Shown here: in pieces, positions 14,341-23,078 of the stretch
Numbering within the stretch: position 1 is the stretch's first letter
Layout of the letters: each line of letters starts with the position of its first letter
The notes under the pieces: generated by a model
What the model saw: the letters and a program-made list of their open reading frames with translations, nothing else
Database searches by the model: none
Told to the model about the DNA's origin: nothing
Program-made: the position numbers and the translations under genes
From: Methanocellales archaeon
GTDB taxonomy: Archaea; Halobacteriota; UBA148
Length of the DNA stretch: 64,000 nucleotides
Direction: 5' to 3'
Assembly: GCA_028715985.1 (NCBI GenBank)
Contig: JAQUQR010000001.1
Location: 267,905 to 331,904, forward strand

Positions 14341-15268
14341 GTCCTTTTGCCTTTATCTTGGAGATAAAGCCGTTTCCTTTGATCAAAATGTCGCTAGAAG
14401 TCACCTCTCCGATGACGGTTAGGTTGCATGCCTTTTGTGCTTTTTCGATGCCCTCAGGCTCGACTGTGAAGAGGAGTTCAAAGTCACCGCCACCATATAA
14501 TGGCAACTCCAGATCTGGGAAAACGATTCTGGTTTTATCCAGGATCGGTATCTTATCTCCATAAATCCTGAAGCCTACCTTGCTTGATGCACTCAGGTCG
14601 TATAATGAGAGCGCCAGACCATCGCTGATATCCATCATGGATGTCACCACGCCGGATTTGGCAAGTGCAATGCCTTCACTAACCCTGGGTTGCGGCTCGA
14701 ACAACTTCTTGGTCAGCACCATCCTGACATCCTCCGGAAGATTCATGTTAATTGCCTGGAGACCCGCCTCTGCTGTCCCCAGCTCGCCAGTGACGCAGAC
14801 CAGATCGCCTATTTGGGCTCCGCTGCGCCTCAGTAACTCATCTTTTTTAACGCATCCTAACGCGGTGCCAACGACCGTTAGTTCGTTATGTTCATCGGTG
14901 TCCCCACCAACGAGGTTGGTGCTGAATTTTCTTGCGCAGAAATTCATCCCCTCAATCATTTCATCGACAAAAGAGACCTCTGTATCAGCTGGAAAGCCCA
15001 ATGCGGTGACGATAGCGAGCGGACGAGCGCCCATCGCAGCGATATCGCTTAGATTAACGGCCACGGACATCCAACCGATCTGCCAAGGTGCCATCTTATC
15101 TGGAAAATCCGTGCTTCGATGAAGCATGTCCGTAGTGAGTAGGAGATAGTCATCCCCCCAATCCAGGACAGCGCAGTCATCCTCTCCAGCACTAAGCACC
15201 ACATTATGCGGCAATGACTTTGAGATTCTAGCTACGAGGGCTCTTTCCCCCATATCCCGAATTTTCAT
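14321..15268 (-). CDS. thiL: thiamine-monophosphate kinase
   Basis: AIR-synthase-like fold motifs (GEDDCAVL, GGDT). Start placed at the internal ATG at 15268, which is preceded by GGAGTGA 3 nt upstream, rather than at 15382. Confidence 0.8.
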   Translation of the reverse strand: MKIRDMGERALVARISKSLPHNVVLSAGEDDCAVLDWGDDYLLLTTDMLHRSTDFPDKMAPWQIGWMSVAVNLSDIAAMGARPLAIVTALGFPADTEVSFVDEMIEGMNFCARKFSTNLVGGDTDEHNELTVVGTALGCVKKDELLRRSGAQIGDLVCVTGELGTAEAGLQAINMNLPEDVRMVLTKKLFEPQPRVSEGIALAKSGVVTSMMDISDGLALSLYDLSASSKVGFRIYGDKIPILDKTRIVFPDLELPLYGGGDFELLFTVEPEGIEKAQKACNLTVIGEVTSSDILIKGNGFISKIKAKGHEYFRV

Positions 15269-15782
15269 GTTCACTCCTTGGATTAGATAATCGACGATAA
15301 AGACCTTATATATGTCGTTAGTGGGGGTAAAAGCTAAGAGGACAGCGAAGCTCTCATCTCCCTTCAAATAACTTAGCTTCAACCTATTCTCAGGCGAATC
15401 CTAATCTCCCCCTGAGGGTTCTTCAGTTTTGTCTTCTTGTCATATTATAAGGGTAGTGTTTAAAATTATCGGAATGTTGAATTCCCATTTTATTTATCTA
15501 TCTACTTCTACGCTTGAAATGGTCCTCCTCCACTTTCGTTTCCATATCGTTTTTATATTTTCTCTTCTGGGAGCACACCATTTAAACCGAGCAGACCGTA
15601 TATGCTTCACTTCATTGGGTCGTTTGGGCTAATTGGCCAAAAATGTCCTAAATTAACTTTCGTTCTGATTGGTCCCTTCTTGAATTTAAATTTCTGCGAT
15701 TCGCTCATGTAGTTTTCGCTCCAATATTCTGTTTTATTTATCAATTTAGGTATTAATGGGCAGAAATCGCTTAGGTTTGGTG

Positions 15783-15800
15783 CAAAAGTTATATAGTAGA
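15783..15800 (+). promoter_or_regulatory. TATA box (AAGTTATATAGT) roughly 45 nt upstream of MC1, with AGGGAGG as RBS
   Basis: TTATATA is an archaeal TATA-consensus match at the right distance from the start codon. Confidence 0.4.
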
Positions 15801-15839
15801 ATAGTAAATTAAATCATATTCAGTTTAGGGAGGCAAAAC

Positions 15840-16151
15840 ATGGCAGAAAGAGTAAGAAATAATTTTGGTTTGATAGAGAATGGGGAAGAAGTTGGCACAT
15901 TCAGTGGACATCAACCACGAGATGCTGCTTTGAAGTGCGCATCAAGAGGGAAGACAAAGATAGTTCTCAGGGAGAAGGGTACTAAAAGGCTTCATCTGTT
16001 CACAGGCTCGAGAGAGAAGGTTACAGCCCCGGCCAGAAAACCAAGTTGGTTGCCCGGCATGGTATGGAAGCCCAATGTCAAGAAGGTCGGAGTAAGACAC
16101 CTGAAATACAACGAGCTATCAAGGAATTCACCGGATATCTTCAGGTTTTAA
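15840..16151 (+). CDS. chromosomal protein MC1
   Basis: About 100 aa and basic. FSGHQPRDAALKCASRG...KIVLREKGTKRLHLF matches the MC1 family, which is restricted to Methanosarcinales, Halobacteria and relatives. Confidence 0.85.
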   Translation: MAERVRNNFGLIENGEEVGTFSGHQPRDAALKCASRGKTKIVLREKGTKRLHLFTGSREKVTAPARKPSWLPGMVWKPNVKKVGVRHLKYNELSRNSPDIFRF

Positions 16152-16205
16152 GTTAGGTTATATAACCTCTCTTTTTTTTCTTTTTTTATTTTCTTTTATT
16201 TTATT
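16152..16205 (+). terminator. oligo-T tract terminator downstream of MC1
   Basis: Multiple T6-T9 runs lie immediately after the stop codon, the archaeal intrinsic termination signal. Confidence 0.4.
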
Positions 16206-16362
16206 TATTATTGCTCCACTTTGAGAGAAAAAAAATCACACCAGTAGGCTCTACAATTGATTCTACTGCTTCGTTTTCCGATGGGTTTGCAGTTTCCAGC
16301 TTAGCGAAAAACATACCTAAGCGTTTAAAAGAGACTTTAAAAGGTAAAAAAACTCTCAAGAT

Positions 16363-16788
16363 TCATCTTGATCTGACAACCCCCTTAGAGTCTTGATACT
16401 TTCCTTCATACGTTTCAGCAGGTGACTTCACCAGTAGGAAGAGCATCTGAACTATTCGCTCACCATGATCCAGCCTTATCTCTTCATCGCTCATGTTTGT
16501 TAGGCAAAGGGTCAAGTTGCCTCTAAATCCGGGATCTACGATGCCTCCGCCTAGTAGGAGACCTTTTCTGGCGTACGAAGACCTAGTGCGTAGGATCCCT
16601 GCAGCATCAGGTGGCATTTCAACCCTCTCAAGTGAAGATACTAATCTCATCGCTTTCGATGGTATGCATATGCCATCCTTAATCGTAAGATCATACGAAG
16701 CAGGTTGAAGCGATTGCTCTCTAAATGGCTCGATGATTAAGCTCCCTGTTTTTAGCCTATCCCTGATCTCTTTGGCTGATAATAACAT
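16363..16788 (-). CDS. dcd: dCTP deaminase/dUTPase family protein
   Basis: GIVDPGFRG motif and LIIEPF. Somewhat short at 141 aa. Confidence 0.7.
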   Translation of the reverse strand: MLLSAKEIRDRLKTGSLIIEPFREQSLQPASYDLTIKDGICIPSKAMRLVSSLERVEMPPDAAGILRTRSSYARKGLLLGGGIVDPGFRGNLTLCLTNMSDEEIRLDHGERIVQMLFLLVKSPAETYEGKYQDSKGVVRSR

Positions 16789-16841
16789 AATAACTACCTT
16801 TGTTAGGAAAGATTTAATATCTTTTGAACGAGGTTTCCTAT

Positions 16842-16954
16842 GGACTTGTGGGGTAGTGGACTATCCTCTTGGGCTTCGGACACGAAGTTATCTACTCACT
16901 TTGAAAACTCAAGGAAGATACTCAAGGACCTGGGTTCAAATCCCAGCAGGTCCG
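16842..16954 (+). tRNA. probable intron-containing tRNA (anticodon uncertain; TCG for Arg if the loop is CTTCGG)
   Basis: Acceptor 5' GGACTTG pairs with 3' CAGGTCC (one G-U wobble). T8 is present. D-arm is GGGT/AGTGGACT/ATCC with GG in the loop. A perfect T-arm CTGGG-TTCAAAT-CCCAG is followed by the acceptor 3' strand and discriminator G. The span is about 113 nt, which implies an intron of about 40 nt. Confidence 0.4.
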
Positions 16955-17028
16955 ATCACGAAGGGGGAATTTCATCTGTTGACTTTCCTCATCGAACCGT
17001 TCAAATCCCAGCAGGTCCGATCACGAAG
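16934..17028 (+). repeat. two perfect 30-bp direct repeats (GTTCAAATCCCAGCAGGTCCGATCACGAAG) separated by 35 bp
   Basis: Copy 1 (16934-16963) covers the T-loop through the 3' end of the putative tRNA plus 9 nt of trailer. Copy 2 (16999-17028) lacks a matching 5' T-stem partner. A degenerate third relative lies at about 16869-16888 (..TCGGACACGAAG). Confidence 0.6.
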
Positions 17029-17073
17029 CCCCTAATCTCGAATAATTATAATATCTAATACCGCCCTTTCTGT

Positions 17074-17979
17074 TTGATGGTCAAAAAGGTGCTAAAAAAC
17101 ACGAGTTTCATGTTCTTGTTTGCTACCGTACTTGCATTTGTCTATCCTAATGTGGCTATATACCTGGAAAAGTACATGGTCCCAGCTCTAATCTTTCTCA
17201 TGACATTTTCTCTGACAGAGGTTAGGCTGAGAGGACTGGACGTAAAAGCAGAGCTGAATTCCATCGCTGTGGCACTTATGCTGAACTATGTCTTTCTTTC
17301 TGGCATAATCCTGGTGCTGACGATCCTGCTGATCCGAGATGTATCCCTTTTCAGAGGATTTGTCGTTATGGCTGCAATCCCTCCTGCAATTGCGACCGTG
17401 CCATTGAGCACGCTTTTGAAGGGGGATACACGTCTTGCGCTGATGGCGAATGCATCGATCTATGTTTTATCCATCCTTTTGGTGCCGGTTATCCTCCTCC
17501 TTTCCATAGGAACGAGCACCGTTGAACCCCTTCAGATGATGGTGGTCTTAATGGAACTCATCATACTCCCGTTGATCATCTCAAGGGCCATCATCAGAAC
17601 TCCTTACTACGAACTACTGAAGAGGGACCAAAGCATACCAATCAATCTGGGATTTTTTATAGTTACCTACGTGGTCATCGGTCTCAATCGTGACATACTG
17701 TTGCATGAATCAAGCATGCTGTTACTCGTATCGATCATAGCTTTCATGAGGACGTTTTTCTCTGGCACGCTCGTGCATAAAATCTGCGGAATATTTAACG
17801 TACCATTTGAGAGAAAGGTCACATACACATTATTTAGCTCCTATAAAAATCTGGGTCTTGCTGCAACGATCGCTCTACTACTGTTTGGGGTTAGGGCAAC
17901 CATACCCTCGGCGGTTTGCATCTTATTCGAGGTATCCATGTTCACCTATTTCTCGGTTTTGTTCAGAGAAAACAGATAA
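17074..17979 (+). CDS. polytopic membrane protein, AEC/BASS-like permease (family uncertain)
   Basis: About 10 hydrophobic segments across 301 aa. No soluble domain. Confidence 0.4.
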   Translation: MMVKKVLKNTSFMFLFATVLAFVYPNVAIYLEKYMVPALIFLMTFSLTEVRLRGLDVKAELNSIAVALMLNYVFLSGIILVLTILLIRDVSLFRGFVVMAAIPPAIATVPLSTLLKGDTRLALMANASIYVLSILLVPVILLLSIGTSTVEPLQMMVVLMELIILPLIISRAIIRTPYYELLKRDQSIPINLGFFIVTYVVIGLNRDILLHESSMLLLVSIIAFMRTFFSGTLVHKICGIFNVPFERKVTYTLFSSYKNLGLAATIALLLFGVRATIPSAVCILFEVSMFTYFSVLFRENR

Positions 17980-18083
17980 TCCTCGCTTTTATTTATTTTA
18001 TCGAGGTCATCGCCTGTGTTATCATTGTGACATGCCACCAGTTCTGTCAAATAAAGGTAGAAAGGGAAGATATTTAAGGAGTT

Positions 18084-18157
18084 AATCGCCAATATTCAAT
18101 CGTCAATATCTCACAAAACATTTTTTTTGGAAAACATCAAAAATAAAAAAGAGAGGA
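18084..18157. repeat. cassette 3'-flank repeat, copy 1 (second copy at 18664-18726)
   Basis: ATCGCCAATATCTCACAA(A/G)ACATTTTTTTTGGAAAACATCAAAAATAAAAAA(G/T)AGAGGAT is shared by both copies. Its oligo-T runs form a minus-strand terminator. Copy 1 ends in the hairpin GAGAGG-ATATAC-CTCTCC. Confidence 0.7.
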
Positions 18158-18202
18158 TATACCTCTCCCTATGTCTTGATTGGTGTTTTGTTGGGGTTTA
18201 CA

Positions 18203-18454
18203 TTAGCCTTCTTCTTCCCCAACTGGTTCTGACCCACTGTACAGGAAATCGGCAGATGTGTCATAGACTAACGGTTTTTCGTTTCTTAAGATGTCTACCA
18301 AACCGTGATAGTCAGCCTCGCTTACAGAGAAGTTACTGTACCCTCCTTCTTGGAAGAATACACGTATCCAACCATATCCTGCGTTGCTTATATCGTCTCC
18401 CTTTCGCCATCCAACTTGGTAGTTTGTTACATGCTTAATTGCCATTTTATTCAC
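18203..18454 (-). CDS. hypothetical protein, cassette A cargo (83 aa, acidic C-terminus)
   Basis: Strong RBS AAGGAGGTGA lies 5 nt before the ATG. No recognisable family. Confidence 0.5.
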   Translation of the reverse strand: MNKMAIKHVTNYQVGWRKGDDISNAGYGWIRVFFQEGGYSNFSVSEADYHGLVDILRNEKPLVYDTSADFLYSGSEPVGEEEG

Positions 18455-18640
18455 CTCCTTTTATTTGGGTATTTATCTTTTTGCAAGGCTTCACCTTGTA
18501 AAGCGCCTGTCACTCTTTATGGGGTTTCATTGTCACTAACAGGTGGTAAGGGTAGATAGATTTATAGATTTATATAGTTAATTATTTAAAATATTGCTCA
18601 ATTTAGGCAATTTTTTTAAGCAATTTTAATAAAAAATATC
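18455..18640 (-). promoter_or_regulatory. cassette A promoter and about 100-nt conserved 5' leader; palindromic operator TTGCTCAATTTAGGCAA (18594-18610) next to a TATA-like AACTATATAAATC
   Basis: About 85% identical to 19298-19530. The same palindrome recurs at the HD-TIR promoter. Confidence 0.55.
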
Positions 18641-18663
18641 AAAAAGAAGAAGGTGTTGGAATT

Positions 18664-18726
18664 TATCGCCAATATCTCACAAGACATTTTTTTTGGAAAA
18701 CATCAAAAATAAAAAATAGAGGATGG
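18664..18726. repeat. cassette 3'-flank repeat, copy 2
   Basis: See 18084-18157. Confidence 0.7.
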
Positions 18727-18778
18727 AAGGAATGCCCCACCCCCTGTCTCTTAATCGCTGTTTCAGTTGTTGCTATTT

Positions 18779-19297
18779 TCAGAACTTTATCTTCTTGCAA
18801 AACTCCTTTATGCCCTTAACGATTTTTAAGTGCTCCTTTTCCTCAACCTCTTCGGCATCTTTGAAATCATTGATTCTAAGGTCCACTTTTTTAAGGATCT
18901 CGGCAGGAGGTAGCTCAGCAGCTTTTGCAAGCACACCTATGGCCCCACCTATCTTATCATCGGGTATCTTAAGTCGTCGTGCATTATCAACCAATGGCTG
19001 GATAATGGATTTAACGCAGTGAGCAAATGTAGGAACTAAAAGATTCACACACATTTCCTCGCCGCAGCGAACAATCACCATGCATCTATCACTTTCGTAG
19101 TTTCCTTGGCCCACAATGCATCCGTGTGCTCGTACGATATAGCATCCTGGAGGAACTTTTAATTCTCTTGGCAGTTCTGCCCAAGGAGCAGATGCGATTA
19201 GTCTACCATGGCAATCAACAACTGTTACTGCTGCCTTGGTAACAAGCGCACAGTCCAAGGTCCTAACCCACACATTAAGTTTTCCATACCCCATCAT
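18779..19297 (-). CDS. hypothetical Cys-rich protein, cassette B cargo (172 aa)
   Basis: Product has about 10 Cys and His (CHGRL, HGC, CMVIVRCGEEMC), suggesting metal or Fe-S binding. No recognisable family. RBS is GGGGTGA. Confidence 0.5.
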   Translation of the reverse strand: MMGYGKLNVWVRTLDCALVTKAAVTVVDCHGRLIASAPWAELPRELKVPPGCYIVRAHGCIVGQGNYESDRCMVIVRCGEEMCVNLLVPTFAHCVKSIIQPLVDNARRLKIPDDKIGGAIGVLAKAAELPPAEILKKVDLRINDFKDAEEVEEKEHLKIVKGIKEFCKKIKF

Positions 19298-19530
19298 TCT
19301 TCACCCCATTTTTTATTCGTGTATTTGCCTTTTGGCAAGGCTCCACCTTGTATAGCGCCCCTCACTCGGCACTCTTTATGGAATTTCATTGTCACTAACG
19401 GGTGGTAGAGATAAATCGATTTATAGATTTATATAGTTAATTAATGATAGTATTGCTTAATTTAAGCAATTTTTATAAATATATTAAAAAATGGGAAGGA
19501 ATTGAAATATTGCTCAATCTAGGCAATTAA
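19298..19530 (-). promoter_or_regulatory. cassette B promoter and leader; two palindromic operators (19454-19470 TTGCTTAATTTAAGCAA and 19510-19526 TTGCTCAATCTAGGCAA) with a TATA-like element
   Basis: Homologous to the cassette A promoter and leader. Confidence 0.55.
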
Positions 19531-19697
19531 CAAAAATACTAAAAAGAAAAGAAAGCACCTTAGCAAGAAAAATTTAACATCCTAGATGAGGGATGCCACC
19601 ACCAGATTTTAGCTATCAGCCTGACCAAAAACCTTTTCATGGAAGTCCAAGTCTGTAGAGCTTTACATGGCGATTTCAACAGAACCTATCTAGTTTA

Positions 19698-19979
19698 TTA
19701 TCTTTCATAGATCGTTTGTCCTTCATACGTGATTCGAAAGATCCTATGGTACGGTATCATTACCGAAGGAGCCCTTCCTTCAGAATCAGGAGGAATATTA
19801 TTAAAGGTGAGGAAGGACTTTCCTATCTCCCCTATCTTATCTCCATGAAGGACCTTGGTATCCTTGGGTGCGCCCCTGTGAATATAGTAAATGTCGCATC
19901 TTGAGAGGTCTAGATCACGCCATTTTATTTCGTTCAATAATTCCCTCGGATGTTTTGATCTGAACATTTTAGGATGCAT
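19698..19979 (-). CDS. conserved archaeal small protein (DUF504-like; assignment tentative)
   Basis: 93 aa. Resembles small archaeal proteins of unknown function. Confidence 0.35.
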   Translation of the reverse strand: MHPKMFRSKHPRELLNEIKWRDLDLSRCDIYYIHRGAPKDTKVLHGDKIGEIGKSFLTFNNIPPDSEGRAPSVMIPYHRIFRITYEGQTIYER

Positions 19980-20142
19980 TTTTTGGATATTACTGTCTAT
20001 TTATTCAGTATCTAATTAATATGCGTGATGCTGTGCTCCATCTCCTATATAGTGTTGCCAACACGTCTTTGGTGAAGAGGCTTAGAACCTAGTGAAAAGA
20101 TACGAATCGTGATAACGTGACTTTGTGTTGTATGGAGCGCCA

Positions 20143-21516
20143 TCATGCAAGCCTTTTTAATTGTGTGCCGATCTTTGCATCCAATATTGTCAGGAATTCC
20201 CCTTCAGCCCCCTTGGGAATAGTTGCCCCTGCTGCTATGTCATGCCCTCCCCCAACGCCCCCCACCTCTTTAGCAGACTCGTGGAGCGCAACTGCCAGAT
20301 TCAATCCTTGATGAACCAGGTCCTGTGTTCCTCGGGCTGATACTTTTATGCCCTCCTCAGAATCAGCAAATGCTATTATGGGCAGATTGCGGTTTATCCC
20401 CTCCATATTGCCACTCATGCCCGCAATAATCCCAATGATGGTCTCACGTATGTTATCTCCTGCATGGAAATATTGAAGATTTTGAAGTGCTAGGACCCTC
20501 TGCTCCTTGACCAGTTTCAACCCCTCTGTCAAGTTCTGTCTATGTTGGGCCAGTAAACTGCGCGCATGTGCATATGCCAGTCCCCGGTCCCCCATGCAAA
20601 CCGCAAGTCCGACATCTGCATTATCATAGCGTGCTGTGGCGTTCAATAACGTGGAATATTCTGATGCATCCCGCAGCTCTGTCCCCTCTGCCTCTTTTAG
20701 CAGCGTATATACCTCCCCTACTAGGTGCTGTACTTTGTATGCAGGTACACCTCTCTTCAAGCATAGCTGCATTATTTCTGAAACGATCAGTTTTTTTTCA
20801 TCTCTGCATAGATCGATCCACCTGCGCCAATCCTCATCTTTTAGGCTGATTCCTAGGTTGTGCAAGAATTTGATGCAATTATCCTTATCGCCGGTTATGC
20901 CTGGTATGTAGGGATACTCACAATACTCCAGCAGTTTGTAGATCGGTCTGGTCTGGCGTCCAAAAAGCCGAATATCAGTTTCAAAGGAAAGCACGCCGGC
21001 ATCGACGCCTTCGAGCATTATGCTGCGGTTCAGCCCCACCAATCTTCCGCCCCTCATGTCCTGCATGTCTCCAATAGCGCCTACGATCGCTAAGTCGGCA
21101 AGATCACTATTGGGCCCCATCTTTTGGGCGATCAAGTAAACAGCTCCAGCACCGCTCAGTTCATTGGTGCCGTTTATGCCAAATAAATGGGGGTTGAGGT
21201 GGTATTTGTGTTGTCCTTTTTTTGGCTGATGATGATCAGCGATTATGACCTCAGAATCCAGTTTAATAGTCTCATCCGCCATACTGGACCCAAGATCGGT
21301 AAAGATTATCAACTCTGCACCAAGATCCGCAATTTCACTCAGTGTCGGCAAATCCAGCTTCTTCAAAAATCTGACCCCATGTTCCATTCCACATCTGTCC
21401 AGGGCTTTGCACATAACCGCTGCAGCTGTCAAGCCATCGGCATCTATGTGTGAAATCACGAGTGCAGTAGTGTGCCTTTTGATCGCTTCAGCGCATTCTG
21501 CTGCCTTTTGCATCAT
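20143..21516 (-). CDS. DHH-family phosphoesterase, archaeal RecJ/GAN-like exonuclease
   Basis: ISHIDADG, IIADHHQP (the DHH motif) and a DHHA1-like C-terminus. Start moved to the internal Met at 21516. The upstream 50 codons look like a spurious extension. Confidence 0.8.
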   Translation of the reverse strand: MMQKAAECAEAIKRHTTALVISHIDADGLTAAAVMCKALDRCGMEHGVRFLKKLDLPTLSEIADLGAELIIFTDLGSSMADETIKLDSEVIIADHHQPKKGQHKYHLNPHLFGINGTNELSGAGAVYLIAQKMGPNSDLADLAIVGAIGDMQDMRGGRLVGLNRSIMLEGVDAGVLSFETDIRLFGRQTRPIYKLLEYCEYPYIPGITGDKDNCIKFLHNLGISLKDEDWRRWIDLCRDEKKLIVSEIMQLCLKRGVPAYKVQHLVGEVYTLLKEAEGTELRDASEYSTLLNATARYDNADVGLAVCMGDRGLAYAHARSLLAQHRQNLTEGLKLVKEQRVLALQNLQYFHAGDNIRETIIGIIAGMSGNMEGINRNLPIIAFADSEEGIKVSARGTQDLVHQGLNLAVALHESAKEVGGVGGGHDIAAGATIPKGAEGEFLTILDAKIGTQLKRLA

Positions 21517-21588
21517 CCTTGATAATTTGGTTCTGATTGCACAATAAAATTTTGCTACAACGAAACATCTTTTATATCGTTGGTATAA

Positions 21589-22599
21589 GTGATACACATG
21601 AAAATCGGGATCATCGGAGGGGCAGGTTATACCGGCGGGGAATTGCTTCGCCTGCTGGCAAATCACCCCGATGCTGAAATAGTGGCAGTGACATCACGAC
21701 GCTTCCAAGGCAAGCCCGTTTCTGTGGTGCATCCACATCTTTCGGAAGTATTGGATATATCCTTTGGGGACCTTTCCACAAGTGAAGTTGCGAGAAGCTC
21801 TGATCTGGTTTTCACGGCAGTACCGCACAAGGCTGCAATGGGCTACATCCCTGACTTGCTGGCGCAGAACGTCAAAGTTGTCGATCTAAGTGCCGATTAC
21901 CGATTGGCCCCCGAGGTCTATGAGTCCACATACATGACAACTCACACCGATCGTGATAGAAGGGCAACATATGGCTTGCCAGAGCTTCACAGAGCAGAGA
22001 TCAAAACATCAAACTTAGTGGCAAACCCAGGCTGCTTTTCTACCGGGGCAATATTGGCAGCTGCCCCCTTGGTGGCCAAAGCAGAAAGAATCGTGTTCGA
22101 TTCAAAGACAGGCATCTCTGGTGCTGGTATGGAGCCTTCAGAGATCACACATTATCCGAATATAGCAGAGAATGTGGTGCCCTATCGCATAACCACGCAT
22201 CGACATCTGCCGGAAATCAGGCAAGAACTGAGGCTATTAGGTAAATGCAAAATCAGTTTTACACCGCACATCATTCCTTCTGTGCGGGGAATTTTGACGA
22301 CAGCCCACATATTTGTGAGAGAGACGCTTACAAGCGAGTACATATCTGGTCTCTATGAAGAGATGTATGCTAGCGAGCCATTCATAAGGATTCTAAAGAC
22401 AATGCCCTCGCTGAGCGCAGTTCGAGGCTCCAATTTCTGTGATATCGGTTGCTTTGAGGTGGAGGGGGACAGAGTCGTGGTGATCTCTGCCATAGACAAT
22501 CTGACAAAGGGTGCATCAGGTCAAGCCGTTCAGAATATGAATCTGATGTTTGGCCTCGATGAAAAAAGTGGGCTATGGGTGCCGGGGATGGCGCCATGA
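21589..22599 (+). CDS. argC: N-acetyl-gamma-glutamyl-phosphate reductase
   Basis: GIIGGAGYTGGELLRLL and the catalytic Cys region (NPGCFSTG). The likely true start is the ATG at 21598. Confidence 0.9.
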   Translation: MIHMKIGIIGGAGYTGGELLRLLANHPDAEIVAVTSRRFQGKPVSVVHPHLSEVLDISFGDLSTSEVARSSDLVFTAVPHKAAMGYIPDLLAQNVKVVDLSADYRLAPEVYESTYMTTHTDRDRRATYGLPELHRAEIKTSNLVANPGCFSTGAILAAAPLVAKAERIVFDSKTGISGAGMEPSEITHYPNIAENVVPYRITTHRHLPEIRQELRLLGKCKISFTPHIIPSVRGILTTAHIFVRETLTSEYISGLYEEMYASEPFIRILKTMPSLSAVRGSNFCDIGCFEVEGDRVVVISAIDNLTKGASGQAVQNMNLMFGLDEKSGLWVPGMAP

Positions 22600-23078
22600 A
22601 CTCTCTGCAAGTTAAGGATATCATGGAGAGAAAGGTAGTGGCGTGCATCGTCACTGACCCTGTCAGTCTCGTCGCAAAAAAGTTGAGGAAGAATGGCATA
22701 AGCGGCATGCCTGTAATGGATGGCGACAGATTGGTGGGCATAATTACCGAAAGCGATGTTCTTCGCCTTCTGCGCGCTCCCGAATATTCCAGAGAACTCT
22801 GGCTGCCCAGCCCGTTAGAGTTCATCGAGGTGCCGATACGTGAATTGGTGGGCTGGGTTGAGATGAAAAAAGCGCTAGAGGACATTGGTAACATGCCTGT
22901 GAGGGATATCATGACCAAGCAGGTGTACACGATTCCACCCAGCGATAGTATTGAAAGAGCAGCAGAGATGATGACCAAGCACGATGTCAACAGACTTCCA
23001 GTAATCGAGGATGGCAAATTGGTTGGGATCGTCACAAGAGGCGACATCATAGCTGGGCTTGGGAGGGTAAAAAAATGA
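22575..23078 (+). CDS. CBS-pair domain protein
   Basis: Two tandem CBS motifs (MPV.D...GIITESD and LPVIEDGKLVGIVTRGD). Confidence 0.75.
   Translation: MGAGDGAMNSLQVKDIMERKVVACIVTDPVSLVAKKLRKNGISGMPVMDGDRLVGIITESDVLRLLRAPEYSRELWLPSPLEFIEVPIRELVGWVEMKKALEDIGNMPVRDIMTKQVYTIPPSDSIERAAEMMTKHDVNRLPVIEDGKLVGIVTRGDIIAGLGRVKK

Noticed and set aside
15269-15382. Upstream start (15382) for thiL giving a 353-aa product
   Set aside because: The internal ATG at 15268 is preceded by a strong GGAGTGA RBS and gives the canonical ThiL length. The extra 38 N-terminal residues have no counterpart in ThiL proteins.
15383-15445. Possible TPP riboswitch upstream of thiL (a CTGAG-containing GC patch)
   Set aside because: Only a short CCCTGAGGG palindrome is present. 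The conserved TPP aptamer elements (CUGAGA plus the ACCUGAUCUGGAUAAUGCCAGCG pyrimidine-sensing helix) are absent.
16934-17028. CRISPR array interpretation of the 30-bp repeats with a 35-bp spacer
   Set aside because: There are only two perfect copies. The first copy coincides with the T-arm and acceptor end of a tRNA-like structure. No cas genes or leader are nearby. Kept as an alternative in the finding, but att-site duplication seems more likely.
16733-17058. ORFs 16733-17035 and 16840-17058 as protein-coding genes
   Set aside because: They overlap each other in different frames and are built over the putative tRNA and the 30-bp direct repeats. Both are better explained as RNA or repeat sequence.
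21517-21666. N-terminal 50-codon extension of the DHH/RecJ-like gene
   Set aside because: The extension is Cys/His-rich and not conserved. The DHH family N-terminal motif begins right after the internal Met at 21516.
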